DNA of 64,000 nucleotides from an uncultured bacterium (GTDB taxonomy: Bacteria; Myxococcota_A; CAZTSL01), in NCBI GenBank assembly GCA_964616915.1, contig CAZTSL010000001.1, positions 8,933 through 72,932 on the forward strand, given 5' to 3'. This document shows, piece by piece, positions 44,667 through 55,600 of the stretch. Below the pieces are notes generated by a model. It was not told the origin of the DNA. It made no database searches and was given only the letters and a program-made list of their open reading frames with translations. The position numbers and the translations under genes were made by a program. How positions within the stretch are numbered: the stretch's first letter is position 1; every line of letters begins with the position of its first letter.

Positions 44667-45938
44667 TCACCCTCCGACCGCCAGATCGAGGAGGAGGGGG
44701 TTGTGGTCGGAGGCTCGCCGCCCCTGCCAGGTGGGGCGCTCGATCACCTGGGGGGAGAGCGCTTCCCCGCTGGGCGCCGCAGGCTCGACCCCGCGGGCGG
44801 CGAACCAGTCGATCCGGTTCTGGACCACTCCCCCCCACGGTTCGAGCTTCTTCGCCAGCCACCGCAGCACGAAGTCGGGGACGTGCATCCGTGATTTCTC
44901 GAGCACGACCGGATCGGTCATGTCGTAATAGCAGGTCCCCTTGCTCCGGTCGTTGTACCGATCGACCTCGTATCCGAACCGCTCGAGGACCTCGAAGACG
45001 GGACGCTCGAAGATCCGCTCCGGTGTCATGTAGTGGGCGATCGTCCCCTCGATGCCGAGGCGGAGGAACTTGTGGAGGAGGCTCCAGGCGAGCAGGAATT
45101 TGTTCTTGAGGTTGTAGGTGCAGGTATTGAAGTCCCCCCCCACGAGCTTTCGATCGCAGCGCAGCGCTTCGAGCTGCTCGAGGAGTACGTGCAGCTGGCG
45201 TGCCCGCTCCATGGAGGAGGCAAAGATCTCCAGATGCGTCGTCGCCACGTCGATCGGACCATCGGGGAGGAGGATCCGTACGATGACGCCCCGCTGATGA
45301 CCGATTCGCGGTTCCGCGGTCTCGAAGTAGTCCCGGATCCGGGGGAGCGACACGTTGCGCGCCCCCAGAATCGGAAAACGGCTCAGGATCGCATCGCCGT
45401 ACAACGCCTCCTCGTTGGGCAGCCCATGATCCCGCTCCCCGACCTCCCCCGGACAGAGGACGAAGAAGGAAGGGACGAAGCAGTAGTACATCCCGAGCGC
45501 ATCGGCCAGCGCGGCGGCCACGTTCCGGTTGCCACTGCGCCCCATCCCAAGGTCCACCTCGTTCAAGAGGAGGAGATCCACCCGCGAGAGGAGGGGATGG
45601 TGCAGGAGGAGGTTGCGGATCGCACAAAACGCCTTCCCCCGTTCGATGTTCCAGAAGAGCGCCCGCACGAACCCCCGGTTGCGGGAGGGAAGGAGCTTGC
45701 GTCCCCTCCCCCATTCGAGCGAAGCCAGCGTGGCCTCGATCCGGCCCCGGATCTCCTGGTAGAGGGGAGAGGCAAGCAGACGCTCCCGTGTGCGAAAGGC
45801 GGCGAGCGCTTCGAGATGGGGGTGAAGATCGTGACGCAAAGGGTGAACCGGCGGGGAGGAACAATCGACCCATCCTTCTTCCTCGAGCAGAGATCCCTTC
45901 TGCGCCTCGCAGCGGAGCTGCCCCTTTCCTCGATCCAA
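44667..45938 (-). CDS. Endonuclease/exonuclease/phosphatase (EEP) family protein
   Basis: EEP catalytic motifs are present: LLLNEVD, GDFN and SDHNPLLLDL. Confidence 0.7.
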   Translation of the reverse strand: MDRGKGQLRCEAQKGSLLEEEGWVDCSSPPVHPLRHDLHPHLEALAAFRTRERLLASPLYQEIRGRIEATLASLEWGRGRKLLPSRNRGFVRALFWNIERGKAFCAIRNLLLHHPLLSRVDLLLLNEVDLGMGRSGNRNVAAALADALGMYYCFVPSFFVLCPGEVGERDHGLPNEEALYGDAILSRFPILGARNVSLPRIRDYFETAEPRIGHQRGVIVRILLPDGPIDVATTHLEIFASSMERARQLHVLLEQLEALRCDRKLVGGDFNTCTYNLKNKFLLAWSLLHKFLRLGIEGTIAHYMTPERIFERPVFEVLERFGYEVDRYNDRSKGTCYYDMTDPVVLEKSRMHVPDFVLRWLAKKLEPWGGVVQNRIDWFAARGVEPAAPSGEALSPQVIERPTWQGRRASDHNPLLLDLAVGG

Positions 45939-46080
45939 AGCTGAACTCCTCGTTTTCCGAAGCCGACGCCCTCCCCACGATCGGGGGACGTCCTCACCCC
46001 GCCGTCACTCCCCGTTGCCCCGAGGGAGCGGAGCATCGACCCTGCGAATATGCGGTCGCCCCATTTCCCGATCGAAGCCC

Positions 46081-46941
46081 CTACGCGGTGGCGGCAAGGG
46101 TCGTCTGCAGGGCCCGATCCACGAGGTGGCGGTTGTCCTCCGCCCATGGGTGGAAATCGGGACGCAGGTACTTGCCCAGCGCCCAGAAGGTGCGGTTGAA
46201 GATCTTCTCCTTCGTGAAGAAGAAACCGGCCAGTTCCCGGAGCACCTTCCCGCGAAGGAGGGTGCGGTCTTGCACGAGAAACATTCCGGTGCCGAGGAAA
46301 GTGAAGAAGACGAGCGTGTAGAATCCAATGAGCATCCCGGCCACCCGTAGCAGATAGCGGTCATCGACCTCCTGCAAGACGTCGTAGGCGACCCCTTTGT
46401 GTTCGATCTCCTCGATCGAATGCCAGGCAAAGAGCTTTCGCAGCGCTTCCTGGGCCTCGGCCGTGGCCTCCTCCTCTTCGAGGTAGATCTGGGCGAGCAC
46501 CGCAGTACAGTGCTCCAGCGCCGCCGTGATCGCCAGGTTGAGGCTGTCGCCGCAACGGGCCTCCACGACCCTTTCGAGGAAGAAGCGGAAGAGGGCCAGG
46601 AAGCGGTCGTAGTGGTATCCCTGGACCTCGAGGTTGTGCCAGTACTTCTTGTGCTGCATCGAGTGCTGCATCTCCTGCTGCATGAACCCCCGGATCGCCT
46701 CCTGGAGGGCGGGATCCTCGATGCGATCCCGGAACCGGTTCACGGAACGGATGAAGTACTGCTCCCCCTCGGGAAAGAGGAGGGTGATCGTGTTGAAGAC
46801 GTGCGTCTTTACCGCACTCCCGCCGAACCAGTACTTCTCGATCTCTTCGGGGAACTCGAAATCGATCTTGCGGACGTGGATCGGATGCGGCGTGGGGCTT
46901 CGTCTCTTCCTCTCCCGGGAACGGATGATTCGCTTCAACAT
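46081..46941 (-). CDS. Predicted metal-dependent hydrolase (PF10118/COG3687-like)
   Basis: 286 aa with His/Glu-rich motifs (QQEMQHSMQHKKYWHNLEV ... WHSIEEIEHKGVAYD). Confidence 0.5.
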   Translation of the reverse strand: MLKRIIRSRERKRRSPTPHPIHVRKIDFEFPEEIEKYWFGGSAVKTHVFNTITLLFPEGEQYFIRSVNRFRDRIEDPALQEAIRGFMQQEMQHSMQHKKYWHNLEVQGYHYDRFLALFRFFLERVVEARCGDSLNLAITAALEHCTAVLAQIYLEEEEATAEAQEALRKLFAWHSIEEIEHKGVAYDVLQEVDDRYLLRVAGMLIGFYTLVFFTFLGTGMFLVQDRTLLRGKVLRELAGFFFTKEKIFNRTFWALGKYLRPDFHPWAEDNRHLVDRALQTTLAATA

Positions 46942-47042
46942 CGCAGGCTACCTCCTTTGTACGGTTGCCTTTCGTATCTCTCCTGCACGCTTCATTATGC
47001 GGGATCGACGCCATTTAGGCAAGCCCATGGGATGGGTATCCT

Positions 47043-47969
47043 TCAAGATGCCTCACTCGTTTGCGGGGGAAGGCCACCGATCTCGACCCGGTTCCTCCCG
47101 CCTCCCTTGGCGCGGTAGAGGGCTTCGTCCGCCCGTTGGATCAGCTCGTCCCGTTTGGAGATCCCTTCGTCGTATGCGGCGATGCCGATGCTGCAGGTGA
47201 CGTGGAAGGGGGATTCGTCGTCGGCGTAGAAGGTGAGACGGGCGATCGCCTCGCGGAGGCGCTCCGCAGCGATCTTCGCCTCCGAGAGGGTGGTATTCGG
47301 CATGCAGACACAGAACTCCTCCCCGCCGAACCGACCCGCCAGGTCGCTGCGACGCAGTGTCCCTTGGATCACCTCGCCCACCCTTCGGAGGACCTCGTCC
47401 CCGGCGAGGTGGCCATGGTGGTCGTTGACCTTCTTGAAGAAATCGATGTCGAGGAGGAGAAGCGCGAGTTGGAAGCGGTGGCGCCTGGCCCGGACGATCT
47501 CCTGCTCCAGGCAGTTCATGAAGGTCCGGCGGTTCATCAACTCGGTGAGGGGATCGTAGGCGGCCAGATGCTGCAACTGCTCATGGGTCCGCTTGAGGGT
47601 GAGCTGCGTGCGGATGCGGGCCAGGGCCACGGAGAACGCCACCGGCTTCGTGATGTAGTCGTTGGCACCCAGCTCGAGTGCCTGGACGATGTCCGCGCTC
47701 TTGACCTGGCCGGTGACCATGATGACCGGCAGGGTGAAGGGATCATGCGTCTCCCGAATGCGGGTGAGGAGTTCGAGGCCGGAAAGATCGGGCATCACGA
47801 CATCGAGGAGGAGAAGATCGAACTCGTGGCTCGCCAGCAAGGCAAGCGCTTCCTCCCCCCTCGCCGCCGTGGTGACCTCGTAGCCGCGTCGCTTCAGGCG
47901 CCGCAGGAGGATCTCGCGGTTTCCGGGATCGTCGTCCACGATCAGGATCCGTCCACTCGTCTCTTCCAT
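47043..47969 (-). CDS. Response regulator with GGDEF (diguanylate cyclase) output domain, PleD/WspR-like
   Basis: The internal start MEETSGRILIVDDD gives a canonical REC domain (D...DLLLLDVVMP...KP). The GGDEF domain has an intact GGEEF motif and no obvious inhibitory RxxD site. Confidence 0.85.
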   Translation of the reverse strand: MEETSGRILIVDDDPGNREILLRRLKRRGYEVTTAARGEEALALLASHEFDLLLLDVVMPDLSGLELLTRIRETHDPFTLPVIMVTGQVKSADIVQALELGANDYITKPVAFSVALARIRTQLTLKRTHEQLQHLAAYDPLTELMNRRTFMNCLEQEIVRARRHRFQLALLLLDIDFFKKVNDHHGHLAGDEVLRRVGEVIQGTLRRSDLAGRFGGEEFCVCMPNTTLSEAKIAAERLREAIARLTFYADDESPFHVTCSIGIAAYDEGISKRDELIQRADEALYRAKGGGRNRVEIGGLPPQTSEAS

Positions 47970-48009
47970 GGCACCTGTCTCCCCTCGAGCCGAATCGCCC
48001 GCTTCCTCG

Positions 48010-49293
48010 CTATCTCCTCCGGAACCACCGGAGAAACCAGGGTGATTTCTTCTTTGGCCCTTCATGCTTTTCCAGGGATTCGATCGCATACCGGAACTCG
48101 GTCATGTCGCGATAGCGATTCTCCTTTTTCCGTTCGATCGCTTTGAGGATCACGGCATCGACCTCGGCGCCGAGGGACGCTTCATGGAGCGAGGGAGGGG
48201 ACGGGTGGCTCGTGAGCGCCTCCCGGATGCAGTTCTCTTCCGTTCCGAAGGGGAACGTTCCCGTCAACACGTAGTAGAAACTCACCCCCAACGAGTAGAT
48301 GTCGGAACGGAAGTCGAGAGGAGCCCGGTACAACTGCTCCGGTGACATGAAGAGGGGGGTTCCGAAGCCCTTGGGCTCCCCCGTGATATCGAGATCCGCA
48401 TTGTCGAGCGGCTTGGAGATCCCGAAATCGACGAGCTTGACTCCCCCCGTCTCGGTCACGATGATGTTCTGCGGCTTGATGTCGCGATGGATGATCCCCC
48501 GCAGATGCACAGCCTCGAGCGCCTCGCAGAGCGCCTTCATGATGGGCAACGCTCGCGGGAGGGGGAGCGGACCCCGACGCCGTACGATCTGCCGAAGCGT
48601 CTTGCCCCGGACGAACTCCATCGTAAAATAGGGGTATTCCTGGAAGACCCCGTAATCGAAGATCCGGATGACGTTGGGATGGTTGACCTGGCGCGCAAGC
48701 GCGATCTCCCGTTTGAAGCGGGCGACCGTCTCCTCCCGGTCGGGATCGTTCGGATCGACGTCGAGGATCTTGATCGCGAGGTCCTCCGCGAAGAGTTCGA
48801 GATCCCGGGCACGGTACACCACGGCCGTTCCCCCCTTGCCGAGGGGTTCGACGACTTCGTAGCGTCCGGCGATCCGGATACCGGCATCGAGACGAAAGAT
48901 GTCGAGGAAGCGGTCGCTCCGGCGACTGGGGTGGCGGGCTTCCTGGGTGATCTCCCCCGAGCCCTCCTCCTCCTCGGCCATCGGATTCACCCGGGGATGC
49001 GTGGTCTCCCCATCCCCTTGCAGGGGGATGGACGCTTCCTGTCCACTCCCCTCTTCCTTCCCCCCTTTCGGTGCATCCCCGATTTCGGGCCTGCGCCTTC
49101 CCTCCTCCCCCCCCTTTTCCTGGACGAGCGCAATGAGCGCGGCCGCTTTCTGGCCGTAGAGGGTATGTCGCTGCGGATCGAGCCGGAGTACCGCTCCCCA
49201 TTGCTTCATCGCCTCGGCATAGCGGGCCGCCTTCATCGATTTCAGCCCCTCCCGGAAATGATGGCGCAGACGGGCTTCGCTCTTCTCATCCAT
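48010..49293 (-). CDS. Serine/threonine protein kinase with N-terminal TPR-like/acidic region
   Basis: A Hanks kinase domain occupies the C-terminal 270 aa (GKGGTAVVYRA, AIK, HRDIKPQNIIV, DFG, SPE). Confidence 0.8.
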   Translation of the reverse strand: MDEKSEARLRHHFREGLKSMKAARYAEAMKQWGAVLRLDPQRHTLYGQKAAALIALVQEKGGEEGRRRPEIGDAPKGGKEEGSGQEASIPLQGDGETTHPRVNPMAEEEEGSGEITQEARHPSRRSDRFLDIFRLDAGIRIAGRYEVVEPLGKGGTAVVYRARDLELFAEDLAIKILDVDPNDPDREETVARFKREIALARQVNHPNVIRIFDYGVFQEYPYFTMEFVRGKTLRQIVRRRGPLPLPRALPIMKALCEALEAVHLRGIIHRDIKPQNIIVTETGGVKLVDFGISKPLDNADLDITGEPKGFGTPLFMSPEQLYRAPLDFRSDIYSLGVSFYYVLTGTFPFGTEENCIREALTSHPSPPSLHEASLGAEVDAVILKAIERKKENRYRDMTEFRYAIESLEKHEGPKKKSPWFLRWFRRR

Positions 49294-49446
49294 CCCCGAT
49301 CTTCCTGGTTCCTCGTTTCCGATCTTCTATCAAATCGCCTCGCATTATGCAAGCATCGTGTGATCGTGAGCAAAGGGAGACTTGACTTTCTGAGGACGTC
49401 GGGTATCCTATCGGTCGGATGGTTGGACCACCCGACCATCGAACCA

Positions 49447-50142
49447 ATGGAGGCGAAGGCGTTGTTTTCGGCGATCAAGAAGATGCGGGCTTCGGACCAG
49501 ATTCTCGAGAAGATCCGGCAGACGATCCTGAGCGGGAAGTTCGGGGTGGAGGAGCGGTTGCCCTCGGAGCGGGAGCTGGCGGAGCAGTTCGGGGTGAACC
49601 GGGGGACGGTGCGGGAGGCGCTCAAGATCCTGGAGGAGTCGGGGCTCGTGAAGGTGCAGCAGGGGGGGGGAGCGCGGGTGACCGATTTCTGGCGGTGGGG
49701 AGGGCTCGATCTGCTCCCCTACCTCGTCTTCCGGCATGGGGAGATCGATCTCGAACTCCTCGGGGAGATCCTCGAAGCGCGGCGCTTCTTCTGCACGCAG
49801 ATCGCGCGGCTGGCCGCGACTCGTCGGACGCAGGAGGATCTCGACCGGCTCTCGGCGTTGTATCGGGCGACCCTGGCCGCCGGAGAGGATCGTGACGAGA
49901 TCCAGCGGCTCGATTTCGAGTTCTTCTACGCGCTTTCCCGCGCGGCCGGAAACCGGGTCTTCCTCCTCGTGATGAACGCGATTCGTCGGGTCTACTTCCT
50001 CCACCGGGAGGCGTTTCGCCCCCTCTATGAAACGCCGCAGCGGGTTGCCACGGCCCAGGAAGCGATCGTTCAGGCCCTGCAAGGGCAGGACCCTGCTGCC
50101 GCGGCGGCCGCGGTGGAACGCTACATGGCCGTAACGGGATGA
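49447..50142 (+). CDS. GntR-family transcriptional regulator (FadR/FCD subfamily)
   Basis: Start MEAKALF at 49447. It has a winged-HTH (LPSERELAEQFGVNRGTVREALKILEESGLV) and an FCD-type C-terminal domain. The 5' extension of ORF 48487 is rejected. Confidence 0.8.
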   Translation: MEAKALFSAIKKMRASDQILEKIRQTILSGKFGVEERLPSERELAEQFGVNRGTVREALKILEESGLVKVQQGGGARVTDFWRWGGLDLLPYLVFRHGEIDLELLGEILEARRFFCTQIARLAATRRTQEDLDRLSALYRATLAAGEDRDEIQRLDFEFFYALSRAAGNRVFLLVMNAIRRVYFLHREAFRPLYETPQRVATAQEAIVQALQGQDPAAAAAAVERYMAVTG

Positions 50143-50175
50143 GATGCCACGTTATGGCCCGCAGAGGAGGATTTC

Positions 50176-51306
50176 ATGAAGAAAGGGAAGATTCGGCACG
50201 TACTCGTCACCGGCGCTGCCGGGTGTGTGGGACACCTCGTGGTGGGGGAACTCCTCGAACGGGGGTATCGGGTCCGGGCGCTCGACCGGCCCGGCGCGGA
50301 CTTCGAGGAGTGGCCGGAGGATCGTGTGGAGATCGTGGAAGGGGATCTCACCGATCGAGCCACGGCGCGAAGCGCAGTGGCGGGGATGGACGCCGTCGTC
50401 CACACCGCCGCCTGCGTCGATATTGCCAAGACTTTCGAGGAACTCGCACCGATCAATCTCGATGCGGTCCGCGATCTCTACGAGGCCGGAAAGGATCATC
50501 TCTCCGTCTTCATCCACTTCGGCACCGGTTCCGCGTATGCGGCGGGCCCCCATCCCCACAAGGAGACGGATCCCTTCTACGAGGCGAACGACTACATCCG
50601 CACGAAGATCCTCTCGGAGGACGATCTTCGGAGCCGGCCGGCGACGGGACCGCGGGTGAACATCGTGCGTCCCGCCCTGATCTTCGGACCCAAGGGTCGG
50701 GTGCTCCTGGCGCCGCTGGCCACGCTGGCGCCCCTCCTCGAGGCGGTGGGGGGGTATGCGGTCCGACTCTCCGGAGGTCCCCGCACGAACCTGGTGCATG
50801 CCGAGGATGTGGCGCGCGCCGCGGTCCACCTCCTCGAGAACCCGCAACCCCACGGGGAAGCCTTCAACGTGGCCAACGACGACGTCCGGCCGATCGGCGA
50901 CCTCGTCACGGAGGCCCTGGAACTGGGCGGCGTATCGTTCCTTCCGATCACGATTCCCTATCCTCGCCGGGGGATCCGATGGCTCAAACCCCTCTCGAGT
51001 CCCCCCATCGTCTTCCAGACGGTCAACGCCCTCCTCGGTAGCCTCTGGGAGGGGTATCGCCGCCGCCACCGGCTCGAAGCGGGGCTCCGGCTCTGGATCG
51101 ATCGGGAGGCGCTCGATTTCGCCTACGAAGACACGATCTTCGACAACGCGAAGATCAAGGGGACCGGATTCTCCCTGAAATACCCCGACTTTCGTTCCGG
51201 CTGGCTCGATACGCTCCGCTGGTACGAACGCGCGGGGTGGCTCCCTGCGCACCATCGGCTCGAACCCGGCGAAACGCCAGATGAAGGTGTGAGGAATGCA
51301 CGATGA
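50176..51306 (+). CDS. NAD-dependent epimerase/dehydratase family protein (extended SDR)
   Basis: A Rossmann motif VLVTGAAGCVGHLV is present. The catalytic YxxxK (YIRTK) appears to be present. Confidence 0.75.
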   Translation: MKKGKIRHVLVTGAAGCVGHLVVGELLERGYRVRALDRPGADFEEWPEDRVEIVEGDLTDRATARSAVAGMDAVVHTAACVDIAKTFEELAPINLDAVRDLYEAGKDHLSVFIHFGTGSAYAAGPHPHKETDPFYEANDYIRTKILSEDDLRSRPATGPRVNIVRPALIFGPKGRVLLAPLATLAPLLEAVGGYAVRLSGGPRTNLVHAEDVARAAVHLLENPQPHGEAFNVANDDVRPIGDLVTEALELGGVSFLPITIPYPRRGIRWLKPLSSPPIVFQTVNALLGSLWEGYRRRHRLEAGLRLWIDREALDFAYEDTIFDNAKIKGTGFSLKYPDFRSGWLDTLRWYERAGWLPAHHRLEPGETPDEGVRNAR

Positions 51307-51800
51307 AGTACGAATTCCTGGAGACGATGACGGGTCATCTCGAATGGGCAGGTACGAAGCGCCCCTTTACCTTCCGGGTGGCCGCGCGTTGTGACAATGT
51401 GCTCGATGAGCTTTTCGGCAAACCCCTTCGCCTCGAGGGGATCGTGGAGATCCCCGGGATCGCGGAGGGAAGGGCGTGCAAGGGAACGCTCCTCATCGCC
51501 CTTCCCTTCGGGCGCAAGCTGGTCTATGCCCTGACCTTCACCGGAGACAAGGGGAAGACCTGCCGTTTCTACGGACGGAAGGATGTCCGTTATCTCCGGT
51601 TGCTGCGAACGATGACGACGCTGCGCGGGGAACTCTTCGAGGACGGGGTGAAGGTGGGGGAGGCAACGCTTCACTTCCCCCTTCGCACGCTCCCCCGCTT
51701 CCTCCTGAGCTTCCGTCCCTGGCATACGAAGCGTTCCCCCACGACGGAAGGCACTCCTGCGGACGCCCCCGCACCGAGACCCGGGGCGCTTCCTTCCTGA
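51303..51800 (+). CDS. Hypothetical protein, translationally coupled to the epimerase gene
   Basis: ATGA overlap with the upstream gene. 165 aa, with no motif I recognise. Confidence 0.4.
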   Translation: MKYEFLETMTGHLEWAGTKRPFTFRVAARCDNVLDELFGKPLRLEGIVEIPGIAEGRACKGTLLIALPFGRKLVYALTFTGDKGKTCRFYGRKDVRYLRLLRTMTTLRGELFEDGVKVGEATLHFPLRTLPRFLLSFRPWHTKRSPTTEGTPADAPAPRPGALPS

Positions 51801-51915
51801 GATCGCAGAGGGGGGTGCGAAGCGATCGTCTCATGGTGCGGGAGATCCCCGTCACGGCACCGCAGGCGTCGGGGTCCAAGGGCTGCGGGTCGAGCCTTTC
51901 CCTCACGGTGGACGC

Positions 51916-52596
51916 TCAGAGGGTGGAAGAAAGCCCAAGAAGGGGGCGAAGCGCGCGAAGGTCGGTGACCGTGGCGTCCGCGCCGCTCAGCTCCTCGGCG
52001 GAACCGTAGCCGTAGAGGCACCCCACACAGCGGAGGCCGTGATGGCGGGCCGCAGCGATATCGAAGCCTCGATCCCCGACGAGGACGACCTCCCGGGCAA
52101 CCACGGGGGAGAGCCGCGCCAGCGCCAGCGCCACGAGATCGATCTTCGAGCCCCCTTCGATGTCGCCGATGCAGTGGACCGTGTCGAAAAAGTCACCGAT
52201 GCGCAACGTCTCGAGGACGGCTTCGAGGTAGGGACGACCGCAGTTCGTGACGAGTCCGAGTGCGATGCCAGCCGAGCAAAGATCGGACAATAGTTCCCGA
52301 ACACCGGTAAAGAGCCTGCAACATCCCGCCGCCATCAATGCCCGCTCTTCTTCGACGACGAACGCCCGCACGAGGGATGCCGCCGCGGCGAATTCCTCCG
52401 GAACGAGTCCCCGGAAGTAATCGGGGGAAGGGGCGCCAATGAGGGAAAGGATCCGTTGCGGGGAGGGAATCCGGGGGGGGAGCCCCCTGGCGGCAAAGAA
52501 ACGACGCACGCCCGCCTGGGCCGACCGGACCGCCAATTCCCGCGAATCGACGAGGGTGCCGTCCATGTCGAAGAGCACGGCTGCAATCCGTTCCAT
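51916..52596 (-). CDS. HAD-superfamily hydrolase (phosphoglycolate-phosphatase-like)
   Basis: Internal start MERIAAVLFDMDGTLVDS (HAD motif I DxDGT) after GGAGG. Motif III/IV GDRGFDIAAARHHG is present. The 119-codon upstream extension of ORF 52953 is rejected. Confidence 0.8.
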   Translation of the reverse strand: MERIAAVLFDMDGTLVDSRELAVRSAQAGVRRFFAARGLPPRIPSPQRILSLIGAPSPDYFRGLVPEEFAAAASLVRAFVVEEERALMAAGCCRLFTGVRELLSDLCSAGIALGLVTNCGRPYLEAVLETLRIGDFFDTVHCIGDIEGGSKIDLVALALARLSPVVAREVVLVGDRGFDIAAARHHGLRCVGCLYGYGSAEELSGADATVTDLRALRPLLGLSSTL

Positions 52597-52697
52597 CCTC
52601 CGTTCCTCCCCCGGTCTTCCCGATCGACGACGATCCGATGGAAGGCTCTCCGGCGTCTCTCCCTGGCCTCTCGGGGAACCGCCCGATCGGCGCCGCC

Positions 52698-55600
52698 TCA
52701 CTTCAGGCCATATCGGTCGAGCTTCTCGTAGAGCGTCCGCCGGCCGATCCCGAGCAATTTTGCGGCACGGACCTTGTTGCCGGCGACCTCCTCGAGGATC
52801 TGTTCGATCACGCGCTTTTCGTAACGCTCCACGATCTCCTTGAGGGGTTTGGGCTGGTGAAGGGGGAAAGCGAGGGGATCCTCCTCCCGGACCGGCCGGG
52901 TGCCGGCGCGAATGGCCGGAGAGATATCCTCGATCGTGACCCGGCCATCGCACAGGACGACGATCCGCTCGATCTCATGCTCGAGTTCCCGCACGTTGCC
53001 CGGCCAGTCGTAGGCAAGGAGGAGGCGGCGCGCCGCCGGATCGATCTCGATCTTCTTGCCCGGCATCTTCTGGCGCTTGCGTTCGAGAAAATGTTCGATG
53101 AGGAGCGGGATGTCCTCCCGTCGCTCCCGCAGGGGGGGAAGCTCGATCGTGACGACATCGAGACGGTAGAAAAGATCCTCGCGAAAACGCCCCTCCTCGA
53201 TGAGCCTGCGGAGGTTTCGGTTCGTGGCGGAGATGAGGCGCACATCGACCCGGATGAGATCCTTCCCCCCCACCCGCCGGAAGGCCTGTTCCTCGATGAC
53301 GCGAAGGAGCTTGGCCTGCATGTTGAGGCTCATGTCGCCGATCTCGTCGAGGAAGATCGTCCCCCGGTGCGCAAGCTCGAAGAGGCCCCGCTTCTCCCGG
53401 ACCGCGCCGGTGAAGGCCCCCTTGACATGGCCGAAGAGCGCGGCCTCGAGCAGGGTCTCGGGGATGGCTGCGCAGTTCTCGCTCACGAAGGGGTGGGCCT
53501 TGCGAGGACCGTTGAAGTGGATCGCACGGGCCACCAGATCCTTCCCCGTCCCCGATTCCCCCTGGATGAGCACCGGCACCTCGCTCTCCACGACCCGGTC
53601 GAGCAACTGGAAGACACGCTGCATCGCGTCGCTTCGGCCGATGATGTTCGCGTAGTTGTACTTCGTCTCCATGTCGGCACGGTTGCGCTGGAGGAGTTCC
53701 GTGACGACCTCGAGCTGCTCGCTCTGGCGTTCGAGCCGGTCCTCCAGGGAACGGTTGAGTTCCTCGATCCGCCGGTAGGAACGTTCCAACTCCCGCTGCT
53801 TGGCGATGTTCTCCTCGATGAGTCGGGCCTTCTCGATGGCAATGGCCGCCTGGTCACCGAAGGCGTGGAGCAACTCGAGGTCCTGCGGCGTGAAGGAGCC
53901 CCCCTGGAAGCGGTTGTCGAGGTAGATCGTACCGATCGTGGCCCCAGAGACCTTGAGGGGAACGCAGAGGATCGAGCGGAGCTTGAGGTCGTGCACGCTG
54001 AGGTACCCGGCGAAGCGTTCGTCGTTGCGCGCATCGATGGCGATGATCGCCTCCCCTCGCTCCACGACCTCCTTGGCGATCGAATGGCTCACCTTGAACT
54101 TCGACTTGTGGATGTTCTCCCGATCGATGTTGCGGGCAACACGGACCTTCATCTCCTCCCCCTCCAGCAGGATGAGAAAGCCCCGTTCCGCATGGGTCAG
54201 TTCGATCGCCGTATCCATGATGAACTCGAGCAGGTGGGAGAGATCGTGCTGGGAGTTGAGCGATTTGTTGATCTCGAGGAGATGGCGGAGCCGTTTGTCC
54301 CCGGCGTCTTCTTGCGGGGGAACGGAAGGGGGAGGGGTGCCTTCCCCCGCCATCCTTCGGCGAAGCTCCTCCATATCCGCCAGGAGCTGGTCGTAACCTT
54401 TCATCTTCATGAAATCTCTCCGGAATTCCTGTGGGATCTGCTCGATCACCCGGCGCTGGAGTTCGACGACGGCATGGAAGTGTTCGAGCGCCGATTCGTC
54501 GTCTCCCCCCTGGAGGGCCAGACGCGCCAGGAGGAGATGAAGATCCCAGAGGAGTTCGGGACGGTCGATCTCTCTCGACCTCCGGCGGGCTGGTTCGAGG
54601 GTTTGCCAGGCGCTTGCCAGATCCCCCCCCCGCCGGAAGACCTCTCCGAGGAGGACGCGCCACTCGATCTCGAGATCGAGGCTCTCGAGTTCCGAGGCGA
54701 GATCACCGGCGATATCGAGGTAGAAGCGGGCTTCGGAGAGATCGTCGCCGGCAAGGGCCGACTCCGCCAGACGCAGATTCGTCCGGCAGAGTTCATGACG
54801 GCTCTGGAGTCTTCCGAAGAGCGCGAGGGCCCGAGTCAGGTGGGCCGCGGCTTCCCCTCGCTGCCCGGCATGGATCCCCACGGCCCCGAGGAGGAGATGG
54901 TTGTAGCCGGTGACGAGTTCCATCCGATGCCGGCAACAGAGTTCGAGGGAACGGTCGAGATACCGGCGCGCCTGCGCCAGCCGTCCCAACGTGAGGTGGA
55001 TGTTCCCCAGATTGCTCGATACCCGCAGGAGAATCTGGTCGTCCGCGATTCGTTCGGCCAGCCGAAACGCCTGCTCGTAGTAACGGATCGCCTCGCCGTA
55101 GGCACTGCGCTCATGGGCGATCGTGCCAAGGTTCATCGCATAGGTCGCGGCACCGTGAAGATCCCCCAGTTCGTGGGCGATGGCGAAGGAACCGCGGTAG
55201 GCCTCGACCGCGGCGTCGTAGCGACCACGCCGTTGCAAGAGCATCCCGAGGCTGTTGAGCATCCGGGCATGCAGATGGCGATCCCCCCTGGCATGGCGCA
55301 ACCCCTGCCGGTAGTAGGTCTCGGCCGTATCGTAGTGACCGAGATAGAAATGGGAGAGGCCCAGGACATCCTCGATACGGGGCAGAAGCCCCGTGGGGGG
55401 GGCTAGGTGAAGCGCTTCCTCCCCAGCGCGGATCGCACCGGCGTAGTCCCCCTGGAGGATCCGGATCCGTCCGAGAACCCAGAGGATGCGGCAGAGCGCC
55501 TCCTGATCGTCGCGTTTCCGGGCGTTGGCCTGCGCCGATTCGAGGATCGCCGCGGCCCGGTCGTGCTCCCCAAGACGCAACAAGGCTTCTCCCATCGAGA

